Shown: positions 44,399 to 57,202 of the stretch, piece after piece
Layout of the letters: each line of letters starts with the position of its first letter
Numbering within the stretch: the first letter of the stretch is position 1
Assembly: GCF_009914755.1 (NCBI RefSeq)
Contig: NC_060944.1
Source of the DNA: the human T2T-CHM13v2.0 reference genome, Homo sapiens
Direction: 5' to 3' (one strand)
DNA: 64,000 nt
Program-made: the position numbers and the translations under genes
Notes under the pieces: model-generated
Seen by the model: the letters and a program-made list of their open reading frames with translations, nothing else
Databases searched by the model: none
Told to the model about the DNA's origin: nothing

Positions 44399-46503
44399 TC
44401 TAATCATTTTCTTCTTCCGCATTTTCCAGCTTGAGGGCCAAATAATTCCTTGCTGGTTAAAGGAAAAATTCCAGTGATTACTAGTTGATCTATTCATGTG
44501 ACTCATTTTCATGATGATTCACTGCACTGAATATACAGGCAATATAGAATTTTTAGGCAGAAAGCCTATAGTTTATGACTTTATTCTACAAGTGCTCCCT
44601 CTCTTTGAGTTGCAGTCCACTGCTCTGAGTCATAATAAACCATAAATAACAACTAAGAACAATGGGTTACCTGAGCCACTGCTCCTATACTTTCATTTTT
44701 AATTGAATTCTAATAACTGGGTTGCTAGAGAAACTCAGATAATGCAACCTACCTGGACTTTCGTAAAAGAGCCTTGAAACTCTTGAAAATGTTTATGAAA
44801 AAAAAAAATCCCTCGTGTGTATGGGGTCACACGGATTGGCGAGGGAACAGCAGTCCAAAGACCAGGAATTAGAGATACTGTAAATGCACTTTGCTGTCTT
44901 CACATCCAGGGAAGATAAAAGTATGTTAAAAATCAGAGGGGCTATTAAAATGATTTTTAAAAATATTACCTTAGAATGTCTATTAGAAGTTGAGGATGAA
45001 ATTTAAGATCTTTTCTAGTCCTAGGATTCTATGTTTCTACACGACAGTTTGTTATAATCATATCCATAGTAAAAAAAAATGTTTAAGAAAAACATTAGAC
45101 CTAGGAAGTTTACAGATTCAATTTAGTGAGACACTTATGTATATAATACAACATATTCAAGGATGCATATGTATGTAGAAAAATATACTGAGAAATGAGG
45201 ATGTATCTTTATGTTGTCTCTGACTACACATTATAAAGGCAAAGTCAATAAGAAGAATCTTTTAAACTTGAAGTGGTGGATTAGACTTCAGATTGCTAAT
45301 TTTTAAATTCTGTAATTTCAGACAAGTCCATGTATGCTCACAACTCTTTCACTGTTATTAACAAAGACTTATTTACTATTGAAACAAGATATAGGTCATG
45401 CGTTAAACAGGAAATATTAGGGATGACTTCTGCCTTAACACTTCCTCAACTAAGAGTCGTTTCAAGAAGTAACATGGTTAACACGTCTGCCTGTGCATTG
45501 TGCTGGAATGGATAATATGTCTTCTTTCCCTTTGCTGTCCCTGAATACTCTTGGGTGAATATGTTAAGTAACTAAAAAGGAAGGACTGGGGAATAAGACT
45601 GAGTTACAAAGGCATGGAGAATATTGAGGGATCAATTATACCTGCTGCATACTCACCAAATGACTGTAGACCTAAAAAGAGGGAATCTCATATGTCCAGC
45701 CTTCTTTAAACATTTCATTAGTTCAGTTTGGGAACCAGTCTATATAGACACCTACATTGTGGGTCAAGTCAATTAGAGTGTAGGATATGAGATGACTTCC
45801 CTTCAGGTCTCATCAAATTGGCTTATTGCAATGAGCAAAACAGGAAAGTGGTGGCCATAAGCTTGTGTGACTGTCCCACATTCCAGTGCCCCCATTATGT
45901 AGGGAAGTCTTTGCAAGGATCTATCACTGTATGGATTAACAGTCAGGACAGAGTCACTAAAGTCTAAAGTGAACTGTATAAAACCAGGACCATGGCCCCT
46001 CATTCACAGTGGAATGAGGACAACACCTAGGACAGTAGGTGCTTCCTAAATATATGATGTATTAGTGTTCAGTAGATACCATTTCTCATTTCTCATTCTC
46101 TTGGTCATCCATCACTCTCTAGGCAGGCTCAGGGTTGCTTGAGAAAGTTGGCGCCAATTGCACCCCAAGGAGAAAGAGACTCGGATGATGGTATTGACTT
46201 TCTTCCTCAATAACCACCTGGCCTTAATGAAGCCATCTGAACTCTGTGCTCAGCTTTCTTCTCTGGACACTTACACACAATCTTCTCCCTTCTGTCCACC
46301 TTACAAAGGTATTTTAACAATCAAATGGATAAAAGAAATATGAAAGCACTCAATGACATCCATCTTGGTATACATGGATTCTTGTTTGTAGCAGGCCCTC
46401 ACAATGCTTTTAACAGTGAATAAGGTAACCTCAAAACCCTTGTCTTCAGCCTGTATTGTACTAGCCTTGCTTTTTTTTTCCTCCGAGTCCAATTTAAGGT
46501 GAG

Positions 46504-46538
46504 ATAATTACCTGGCAGGGGAGATACCCTGATTACGA
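46504..46538 (+). pseudogene. U1 snRNA 5' fragment (nt 1-35), tailless retropseudogene
   Basis: ataattacctggcaggggagataccctgattacga matches U1 ATACTTACCTGGCAGGGGAGATACCATGATCACGA at 32/35; flanked by atttaaggtgagat / atttagagtgagat. Confidence 0.88.
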
Positions 46539-47959
46539 TTTAGAGTGAGATGAGCCAAAGGCCATGGACAGCCTCACATTTTTATTACTACGGTTTCTAC
46601 AGCATCTCCTCTATGATGTTATTATAGATGCATATTCACTGACATGCCCCACCTTCCTATGTCTCCAACGCATGGAGCATCCCTATTTCCATGCCTTTGC
46701 CCAGACTCTTCCCCTCATTTAGAGGGCCTTTCCCTCCCTTTCCAGCATAACCAAAGTTTATGTGTCCTACAAACTTCCTCTTTCAAGCCTTCCCCAACAT
46801 TGGTCTCTCTCTCTCTCCTCAGAATGCCAATGCTATTCTATATAATTATCATTTTAGTGTGTGATTTTCTTGTGCATCCAACTAGATTGTAAGCTCCACG
46901 AGGATGAAGACCATTTCTTATTCTTTCTTGGAGCCTGCCCAGTGAGAATTACACAGTTATTCATTATGTGGAAATTGTAATCTTCCAGCTTATAGTACAG
47001 TCTAGTTTGCATATTTACCTAGTTTACATCCATGATAATTTTGCAGAGTGATGAGCTGTATGTATGATCCCCCAAGTAAGCCCTAAGGTAAGGGAACAAG
47101 TTAACTTGTGCCAGCAAAGAAAAAAAAATCAAGGAAAGAATATAGTTGAACAATTATGCTTCTTAGTGTACCCCAAGGGTATAGATATGATCCTCCAAAG
47201 AGTTGTCCAGCACCCTTAATGTCACTGGTTTACTTGATGAGAGTCCTGACTGGAGCTGTCCTCAGCTGTGGTGCTGAAAGGTTAACTTTCTAGAAACACT
47301 GGATAGCCTGAACCATGAACAAAAACAGCTACTGGGAGAGGGGTGGGTCTTTTCCTAAGTGATCTTCAGGCCCCTCAAACTTTGCAGTCTCAAATGAAAT
47401 TCATTTTCTTTCAGACGCCCTTTTCTTCCTCTTATATTCCCTAAGTCTTGGCATCCCTACTTCCTAAATAGCTTTTAAAACCAATTTCTCCTCTCCATTC
47501 TCATTGCCACTGCAACAATTTCCCTAACTATTTTCTCTCAGATGTCTTGCTACTCAGTGTCTGCAATTATCAACTTCCACCCCTGATGCATACAGAACTT
47601 AATTCAAGGTCATTAAAGTGGGCAACAGGTAGAGTTTAACTCTGCCAGTTAAACTATAAATAGCAACCCAAAATGGATGAGAATGATATATATGAAAAGC
47701 TCCTTAGAGATAAAATAGTTCCAGGGCCAGAAAGAGGAAAAGTGAAAAAAGCCTGTCTGTGTGAGCCAAACCAAGTCCAGGCAGAGAAAAGATCATGTTC
47801 CTGTTTAAAGAAGTTTGTGAAGAATATGTGTTGTTCACAAAGGGGAGAGCCATCAGTAGCTGGGAAGAACGTGAGTTTGCAACAAGGAAGAACTGGCAAT
47901 GTCCATGTGAGCATTGCTCAGGGAGGTTTGCCCCAAATGCAACTCTGTTAGATCAATGT

Positions 47960-48340
47960 AATGTGCTAGCTGTTCTCAATTGGCCCCTCCATTCCTTCTC
48001 TGGTCTTGGGAGGCTGGCACGAATAAACTGCATCCATGGGTTCCCTTGCCATGTGGCTTTGCATTGGCTTTAGTTAATGGAAAACACAGCAGGAGATAAA
48101 AGGGGGAGATGAGAGTCAGTTTGGACTATTGATACCTCCTGCTCCATTCCATGCTGGCTGTCCTGACTTAAGGCCGCAGCTTCTTCACTATGGTTTCTCC
48201 TACAGCTCTCTTTCTCTGATTTCCAGTTGCCACTCTTTCCCTCACTTCTTCTGACCTAGTGGTAGTAATAGTGTACTGAACTGTCCCCATAGTTATCCAA
48301 TTTGAGTGTGCCATCTGTTTCCTGCTGGGACCCTGATCGG
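47960..48340 (+). mobile_element. LTR33-like ERVL LTR
   Basis: Ends 'ccaatttgagtgtgccatctgtttcctgctgggaccctga'. Confidence 0.7.
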
Positions 48341-49042
48341 GGCTTGATATCATTAAGCATTCAAATCCCAACTCCCTTGTTTCAAATCTTATCCTCTCTC
48401 AGCATTATTCTGTTCATAAATTGGTTTCATATGTAAATCCATGTACAGAGAGAGAATGTACTGGTTGTGTTGACACAAGCATTCTTTTCTGCCTGACATG
48501 TTTATTTCTCCTTGTTAATTAAGAAACTGGCATTCTGATTTTATCCCTTCATATTAAATTAGCTTTGTTAGTGCAAGTCAGCCTGTCTGGGATTAATTCT
48601 GAGGTGTTGCCAAAACTGAGGATTTGGGCTTAATTCACTTAGATGCTATTACCCTTGAAGGCCTCTAGGGACCATCCATTCCCACCCCCTCCCCCACCAG
48701 CCCCCCACAAGCTACTTGGAACTTCTGGCCAAGGACTTATAGCTCAAAGTACTTATAGTTTTTCAACCATGTTATACTTTCATGCCTCTGGGCTTTTATC
48801 CAAACTGTTATGTCTTTCTCTGAAATCCACTCTTTCAAAACACTGTTTAGGCATAATTTCTTCTGTGAAACCTTCTTAATCTTTTTCAGAAATAATTCTC
48901 TTTAGTGGCTATTCATTGAGCACCCTTTACTAGAAATTCTGAGATGTCCTGGAGACATGCAAGGTGGCTCAGACATTGATGCTTTTCAGTTTCATACTTG
49001 AGACAAAGTGATAAAAAAAAAAAAAACCTATATAAATGACAT

Positions 49043-51649
49043 TGTATTAGACAATTCTTGTATTGCTATAAAGAAATACCTGAGACTGGGTAATTTATAA
49101 AGGAAAAAGTTTTAATTGGATCATAGCTCTGCAGAAGAAGCATGCTGCTAGCATCTGCTTGGCTTCTAGGGTGGCCTCAGGAAGCTTACAATTCTGGCAG
49201 AAGGTGAAGAGAGAGCAGGCATGTCACATGGCCAGAGGAGCAAGCAAGAGAGAAAGCGGTGGTTGAGTTGGTGGGTACCATGCACTTTTAAATGGCCAAA
49301 TCTCATGAGAGCTTCCTCACTATCATGAAGACAGCACCAAGCCCCCATGACCCAAAGACCTCCCACCAGGCCCCAGCTCCACCTTTGGAGATTGCAATTC
49401 AACATGAGATTTGGGTGGGGACAAATATCAAAACTATACCATTCTGCCCCAGGCCCTTTCCAAATTTCATGTCCTTCTCACATCAAAGAATACAATCATG
49501 CTTCCCAACAGTCCTCTAAAGTCTTAACTTGTTCCAGCATTAACTCCAAAGCCCGAAGTCTCATCTGAGACAAGGCAAGTCCTTTTCACCTACGATCCTG
49601 TAAGATAAAAAAGTTAGTTACTCCCAAGATACAAAGGGGGTATAGGTATTGGGTAAACATGCTCATTTCCAAAAGAGAGAAGTTAGTCAAAAGAAAGGGG
49701 CTACAGGCCCCATGAAAGTTCAAGGCCCAGCAATGCAGTCATTAAATATTAAAACTTCAAAATAATCTCCTTTGACTGCATATCCCACATCCAAGGCACA
49801 CTGGTGCAAAAGGTGGGCTCCCAGGGTCTTGGGCAGCTCTGCCTCTGTAGCTTTGCAGGCTTCAGCCCCCACAGGTGTTCTCACAGGTTTTTGAGTGCCT
49901 GAAGCTTTTCTAGGTGCAGAGTACAAGTTGCCAGTGGATCTACCATTCCGGAGTCTGGACAGCAGTAGAGCTAGTCCCCACTAGAGGGCAGTGGAGTAGA
50001 GAGCCCACTGGGGCACTGCCTAGTGGAATCCCGTTTTCACAGCTCCTCTAGGCAGTGCCCCAGTGGGGACTCTGTGTGTGGGCTCCAATCCCACATTTCC
50101 ACTCCACACTGTCCTAGTAGAGGTTCTCTGTGGGAGGTCCACAGCAGGCGTCTCCCTGGGCACCCAGGATTTCTCACAACCTCTGAAAATAGGTGGAGGC
50201 TGCCAAGCATTCACTCTTGCACTCTGCTCACCCACAGGCTTAACACCACATGGAAGCTGCCAAGGCTTATGGTTTGCATTCTCCAAAGTGGCAGCTTGAG
50301 CTCTGCCTGGGCTCCTTTGATCCACAGCTGGAGCTGGAGCTGGAGTGGCTGGAAAGTGAGGAGCAGTGTCCTGGGGCTGTGCAGAAAAGTGGGGCCCCAG
50401 GCCTGACTCACTAAACAATTCTTCTCTCCTTGGCTTCTGGGTCTGTGATAGGAGGGGCTGCCTCTTAGGTCTCTGAAATGCCTTTGAGATCTTTCTAGTT
50501 TTCTTGGATATTAGCACTTGGCTCCCTTTTAGTTATGCAAGTATTTCCTCTAGTAAGTGGTTGCTGCCAGCTTGAATTCCTCTCTCAAAAAAAGATATTT
50601 TCTTTCTCTGCCACATGGCCAGGCTAAAAATTTTCCAAACTTTTAGTTCTGCTTCTTTTTTAAATATAAATTCCAACTTTAGTTCATTTCTTTGCTCTTG
50701 CATCTGAGCATAGGCTCAGCCAGGCCAAATCTTGAATGCTTTGCTGCTTAGAAATGTCTTCCACCTTTGACAGACTGCCCATGTATGCCGCCAGATACCC
50801 TAAATCATCACTCTTTAGTTCAAACTTTCACAGATCCCTAGGGCATGGACACAATATGGCCATGTTCTTTCCTAAGGCATAACAAGTGTGTCATTTGCTC
50901 TAATTTCCAATAAGTTCCTCATTTCCATCTGAGACCTTGTCAGCCCAGACTTCACTGTCCATATCACTACCAGCATTTTGGTCACAACTGTCTAGTCAGT
51001 CTCTGAGAAGGTCCAAACTTTCCCTCATTCTCCTGTTTTCTTCTGAGCCTTCCAAATCCTTCCAACTTCCGCCAATTATCCAGTTCCAAAGTCACTTCCA
51101 CGTCTTCAGGCATCTTTATAGCAATGCCTTACTCCTCAGTACCAATTTTATGTATTAGGCTATTCTTGAATTGCTATATAGAAATGTATAATATATAAGG
51201 TATATTATAATTTGTATGCTTTATAAATTACAATAATTATATAATAAATTTATAATATAAATTTATATTTATAAATATAATTTATAATGAAAAGAGGTTT
51301 AGTTGGCTCATAGTTCTGCTGGCTTTATAGGAAGCATGGTGCTGGCATCTGCTCAGCTTTTAGGGAAGCCTCAGGACGCTTACAATCATGATTGAAGGTG
51401 AAGGAGGAGCAGGCATGTCACATGGTGAAAGCAGAAGCAAGAGAGAGAGAAAGAGAGAGAGTTGGGGAAGAGGTGCCACACACTTTTAAATGACCAGATC
51501 TTGTGAGAGCTTACTATTATGAAGATTGCACCAAGCCATGAGAGATCCACCCCCATGACCCAAACACCTCCCACCAGGCCCCACCTCCAGCATTGGGGAT
51601 TACAATTCAACATGAGATTTGAGTGGGGACAAATATCCAAACAATATCA
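49043..51649 (-). mobile_element. Complete MST (MaLR) provirus: LTR 49043-49441, internal ~49442-51150, LTR ~51151-51649; TSD gacat
   Basis: Two same-orientation MST LTRs around an MST-int; gacat at 49038-49042 and 51650-51654. Confidence 0.92.
49978..49991 (+). promoter_or_regulatory. CTCF core motif match CCACTAGAGGGCAG
   Basis: 14/14 match to the CCASYAGRKGGCRS consensus; binding not demonstrated. Confidence 0.5.
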
Positions 51650-52018
51650 GACATGGAAAGACAGAAGCATGCATAGGATGCTATGGAGACAGGAGGGTGG
51701 GGGCAGTAGGTGGGCAAGTGTCAGGGGGGAAGGCGATCTGTAAGAGATGGCATGTGACTTCAGCTGTGAATGACTGACTGGGACAGCAAAGATCACAAAG
51801 AATGAAGGGCCCTCTGGGGTTTCAGGGCAAATTATCTGGAGTCCATTAAACTAGTAACCACCCTTTGAGTGGCTCCTTATGCAGGGGTGGCCATGTCTAG
51901 AACATTGACCCTCTCACTGTGGCCCAAGCTGTTTGGAGCAGGACTAGGTACCAGATCAGATGGCAGCCACTCAACAGGCTGGCCAGTGACCTATGAGCAG
52001 CCTGGCACTGGTGCAGCT

Positions 52019-52450
52019 GTGTTGTATAAATGAACCAAAGAGGGCCTCTGTGTTTTGGCCTCTAGGCTATTTCTTCATAGCAGGCTGAGACTTGTTGGCT
52101 AAAAGGCTACAGGCATCAAACTCAAAACCATTTAGAGCCCACTGTCTTTGCCAACCCTGTGAAAGTACACCCAGTATCTGCTGGCCATTGATAAGATAAG
52201 AGTCTTACGGTTTTAAGACCCTAAGCCACCCCTGCCCCTCGGAGCTCTCTGACCCAGAGACTCCCCGCTGTGCCTCACCTAGTCACATAAGCCCCACTCT
52301 GATCCCTTTCTCCCCTGGGAGTTCCCTTGACCTCCTCCTCTTCTAGAAGCTTCTGGACAGTGTCATACTGTAAGGGACTTCCTCTCTCACCCAACCCTGT
52401 TCAAGCGCCAACCAATAAATCTTCTGTGTTACTGTTTCTTATGATCATGT
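52019..52450 (+). mobile_element. MER74-like ERVL LTR
   Basis: 'gcctctgtgttttggcc...gcaggctgagac...ggcatcaaactc', AATAAA near 52414. Confidence 0.55.
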
Positions 52451-52639
52451 CTTTTCCCTTAATCACTAGAGAAGAAGAAGATAGTAGAGAGTTCCCAAAT
52501 GACTTTTTAGATCCTGAACCACATTCTGGTCTCCACAAGAGGCTGTGTCTTGGTTCCCATCCCACCCTGAGGACATGCCACTCCATGTAAATTCCATTCT
52601 GATAGACAATAACCCCTTTCCTAAGGCAGTCCTAGTGTG

Positions 52640-53330
52640 TCTTTATTCTTTGCATCTAAAAGAGCCTGCTCCCACACAGGCCATAGGAAGAACACGAGAG
52701 GTCTGGAGTAGGAGACTGTGTGGTGTTTCAGGGAACCTCAGGCAATTTGATATTTCTGGAAAAGATGATGCCAGTTGGAGGTTTGGTGGAAATGACACTG
52801 CAGAGGTGAATGGGGTCAGGTCACAAAGTCCGTGTGTGCATTCCGCTGAGAGTCCCAGGCTTCATCCTGCAGGGAGACACTGAGGTTTTAAAGGCAGTAG
52901 AAATGGGTTGGACTTAGCATATTCATTAGGTCACTTTAGCAACAAAGTAGAAGGAGTTTGAGACGAGCAAGAAACAAGTGGAGAGGAAGTGAGGAGAGAA
53001 TAGATGGAATGGAGAGGAGGGGATATATTCAATAAATACTTAAGAAATAAAAGCAACAAGAGTTGGCGACATTGCTTTGGGGTTGACAGAAAGATGCACA
53101 AATCTGTGATGAATGATTCCTGTTTTTCAGATTTTGGCATGGGATGAATGGGGTGACTTAGATTGTTGTAGAAGAGCAAATTGGAGCAGGGAAGAGAGGA
53201 GGAAGAGGAAGAAGATGTGTTTGAGGAATGCACAGGACATCCATGTAGAGAAACCTGTGGACAGTTGGCTCCATGCATCAGAACTTCAGGGTGAGTCCTA
53301 AGTCTCATCTCGGCAGCATCCATCATCACT
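52640..53330 (-). mobile_element. L2 fragments
   Basis: 'gatggaatggagagg...gggttga', 'ggacatccatgtagag', 'atctcggcagcatc'. Confidence 0.6.
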
Positions 53331-55956
53331 CAGACTCATCCTGTGCTGCTGATTTCATCCTGTAAGATGGACTGGACTGGTCCTTCATCCCAAAGCCTTG
53401 CTCTATGTACTCTGGAAGGCCAGCAAAGTTTCCTGTATCATCAACACCTTCTCAAAACATGCCTCTTCCTTCTGGACTTAGATGGGCCCTCCTGTAGGGC
53501 CCCCTTTCCCTCATAGCTCTCTCAAGTGGAGGCTGTTTTTAATTTATTTATTTTTCCTGTATCCAGCACAAGTTCTTTGGGGTCAGGAAGTGGGGTCTGT
53601 GTTTTTAATTACGATTTCCACATTCCAGTCATTTTTCCTGTAAGCCCCAGTGTCTCTGAGGATTATTCCGTCTGTCCCGCTTCCCCTCTTCCTCATTGTT
53701 GTAATTCACCAACATCCTCAACACTTTCTGTCATTCACCAAAGAAGGGAGCTCCTGTTTTCAGTCTTCTCCTGTCAACATTAGCTTCATTCTGAATGATT
53801 TTCTTGTCCATATGGAGGAATCATCGACCACTGTGGATCCTCATTTTCTTGACTTACTCATCTCCAAAGACTTCTCCATTTCAACTCGCACGTCCATTCC
53901 TACAGTCAAACCCTACATCAAAAGTTCTGAAATGGCAATTTCAAACATCCCACTCTCCAACCACCACTTCCTGTCAAGTACTCCACTGAAACTATCTTTT
54001 GACTTTATTGAAACCTTTCAACTTTTAGTCTTCATTGCTTACCATTGTCTAGAGCTACTGCATATTTATTCAGGTCATAGGCTTTGGAATTAGGATGCCA
54101 GGTTAATTTGTTGGGGGAGGCTACCAAGATGTGGATATATCATTTAAAAAATAAATCTAGGTTCCAGAATTCATCTTGGTGGTTGGGAAATGTGAGTGTG
54201 GGCTCTGCAGAGAAATGGGCATCAATAGGTTGTTTTTACCATAGCCATGGAAGGAAAGCAGGAGAAGTGCTGGAATCCATCCCTCACATATTTCCCTCAC
54301 CACTTATCATCTGTCTGCAGTGCCGTTTGGCTCAGTCACTTAGCACTTAATCAGGTACTCTTTAATTTTTCACATCTGTCTGTCTGGAGCCTAGAATGTG
54401 GTCATAGAAAGCTCTTTGGGTCTGTATTCAAAACAATGGAATTCAGACACAACTTACTTCCTGTAAGGTCTTGAGCAGGTCATTTAACTGCACCTGAAAA
54501 TGAAAATAACTGTCCCCACCTCAACCAGTTGTTGTAAGGATTAATGAGATAATAGATATAAAAGCATTTGATAAGCTTTAAAATGTTTTAAGAACATAAG
54601 GTCTACTATCTTCCAGTGATAATTGAGAATAGTAATTGTGTGTTCCTTGTTTGCTTCATTAGGCAAGGTGATCAAAAATATTTGTCAAATGAATGCATAA
54701 ATTAATGAATGAATGAGAAGTGAGTGAGTGAATGGACAAGTGAAAAAATCAATAAATGCCTAAATGCAATCTAAGTCTCAGGCATTTTGATCGCAGGCTC
54801 ACAAGGAGAATTGGCTGTCTGATCAGGTAAACACTTGTTAATATTACTCATTAATTGTTCACTTAATTTGACAAACAGATTCACTGCCTACCACATATCT
54901 GGTAGTATGTGTTCCTAATTACTGTCTCATCCAAAACTCACAGTGTCTGTGTAAAGAAGTTCTTTTGAATTTCATACTACAGACGGGAAATCAGAAGCAC
55001 AGAGAAGTTAAGTAACCTTCCAAAGTTCACACAAGTAGTAACTTATAGAGCTTGGAATACAGACAAAAGGTGCCCCCAAGAGAATGAAATGGAGGGAATG
55101 ATAGTTCCAATAGACAGTTCTTCACTGTGAGTTGGGGTGAGAGGGGTGGGCTTTTATACCTCTGCATCCACTAGTCATTGGATGTTGGATGTCCTAGGGA
55201 GGCAGCTTCCCTGGGAGGAACTCAGCACCTGGATGATCGAGTGCCTCCATTCTGAAGGTGGATCTGGGCAGCAAAGCACAGCATATACCATGTTATTAAT
55301 GCTTCTAAAGAGTGTGTTAGCCAGCCTGGGTAGATTCAGTCAAATAAAGACGGATTGTGGAGAAAGCAGAACCCCAGAGACAAGGGTATCCATGGAAGAT
55401 CTGCGCAGCCCATCACCCAGATCCTCTTCTAGGGATGGCTGCAGGGGCAATCCCAGCCTGGTGCCAGGAAGCCTTCCTGTTATCCAGATCAAACTTCTTG
55501 CTCTTGGCCCAAGCTCCTCAGGAGGTATTTGGACTTCCCATACCTCTTGGCTACAGAGAACAAATGAATGCAGTGGCATTCTGCCCTGAGAGGTCAGCCC
55601 CCGTCGTCTTAGTTAGCGTGAGTCCCATTCCCAAGTCCCATCACCTCTGGGACAATGAGAAGATCAAATTTCTGAGCTGACAGCAAGGAAATGGCCCCTC
55701 ATGGAAAGCTGTCTGAGAGGCCAACAGACTTTTCCCAGACCAATACCATAGTCATAATCATTCTTAGTGAACTCAGACCCTGTAGTGGAGCCAACCAGGC
55801 AGATAACAGGGATTATAGGGAATTCCCGGGAAAGAGGGGTCCAGACAAAGACATAGCCAAGAAATGACAATGAAAATCCATATGGACTGGGATGTCACTG
55901 AGTGGGCAGGTGTCTCAGTGGTTGAGGTCAGCATGGTAGCCTTTGAGGGTGTCTAA

Positions 55957-56787
55957 GTGGGAAAATAAACCCAAAGTGTTTTTCCATTCTCTCACTCAAC
56001 AACAATCAACACAGAAGACTTCTGTGACCAAATGTGTGGATTCTTTCCCCATTCAGTAAGCAACCAATTCTGCAGTAGACACTGGCTGAATTTCCTCTGA
56101 TTCAATTCTGACACTATCTACCTGGAAATAGCATCACATCCCACAGGTTGAGGGCTCAGTTCTACAAAACTGCCTTCCACTTCCAATGCCAACAGCAAGC
56201 CCCAGGCTGTTTTTACCTGTGCCTGTGACTGACTGGCTATAAATCATGGTTCTCACCACCCCTACCCTCTCCTTGGCTTCAATTCATTTGCTAGAGCAGC
56301 TCACGGAACTCAGGGAAATACCAGATTTTTAAGATACAGATGAAGAGATGCATAGGGAGGGTGATAGGAGAGGTGCAGGGCTTCCATGCCCTCCAGATAG
56401 AGCTTGTAGGACCCCACCAGGAACTTCCATATGTTCAGCTATCTGGAAGCTCCTGAAACCCCATCCTTTAGGGTTTTAATGGAAGCTTCATTACATAGGC
56501 ATGATTGATTAAACCATTGGCCATTGGTGATCAACTTAACCTTCAGTTCCTCTTCCCTCCCCAGAGGTTTGGGATTCCCATACAGCTGAAAATTCAAGCT
56601 CTCTAACCCTGCTTTGGTTTCCCAGTGACCAGTGACCAACCCCACCCTGAATCTATGTTAGGGGCTGCCAGCCACCAGTCAATCATTAGCATACAAAAAC
56701 CATCACTTTGGGGAGATTCGAAGGATTTTAGGAGTTGTATGCCAGAAAAGGAGGTTGAAGACCAAATATGTGTTTTACAATATCACG
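55957..56787 (-). mobile_element. MER21-family LTR
   Basis: 'gacttctgtgaccaaatgtgtgg', 'attcaattctgacactatctacctgga', 'cccacaggttgagggctcag'; ends caatatcac. Confidence 0.8.
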
Positions 56788-56971
56788 CTGTGTCAGCGTG
56801 GAACTGAGCATTAAAAGATGAAGGAGCTTGAGTTTTTAATGGGGCAGGACCAAATAAGGAAAAGTAGGCACATTTATTTTGAAGGGATTAACCAATCTTA
56901 TTCTGTGTTTTAGAAACAGTCTAATGCAAGAAACCAAAACGCAACTGAGCTCATTTAAATAAAGAAATGTC

Positions 56972-57202
56972 AGGCTGGGCGCCATGGGGCTCATGCCTGT
57001 AATCCTAGCACTTTGGGAGGCCGAGGTGGGTGGATCACCCAAGGTCAGGAGTTTGAGACTAGCCTGGCCAACATGGTGAAACCCCATCTCTACTACAAAG
57101 TACAAAATTAGCCGGGCGTGGTAATGTGCACCTGTAATCCCAGCTACTCAGGAGGCTGAGGCAGGAGAATCTCTTGATCCTGGGAGGCAGAGGTTGCAGT
57201 GA
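56972..57202 (+). mobile_element. AluS, 3'-truncated (no poly-A tail)
   Basis: Alu sequence stops after 'gaggttgcagtga'. Confidence 0.88.

Noticed and set aside
50020-50517. 165-aa ORF
   Set aside because: Decayed MaLR internal ORF within the MST provirus.
55137-55680. 150-aa and 107-aa ORFs in unique DNA
   Set aside because: No recognisable domain in the frames I translated and no supporting splice structure.
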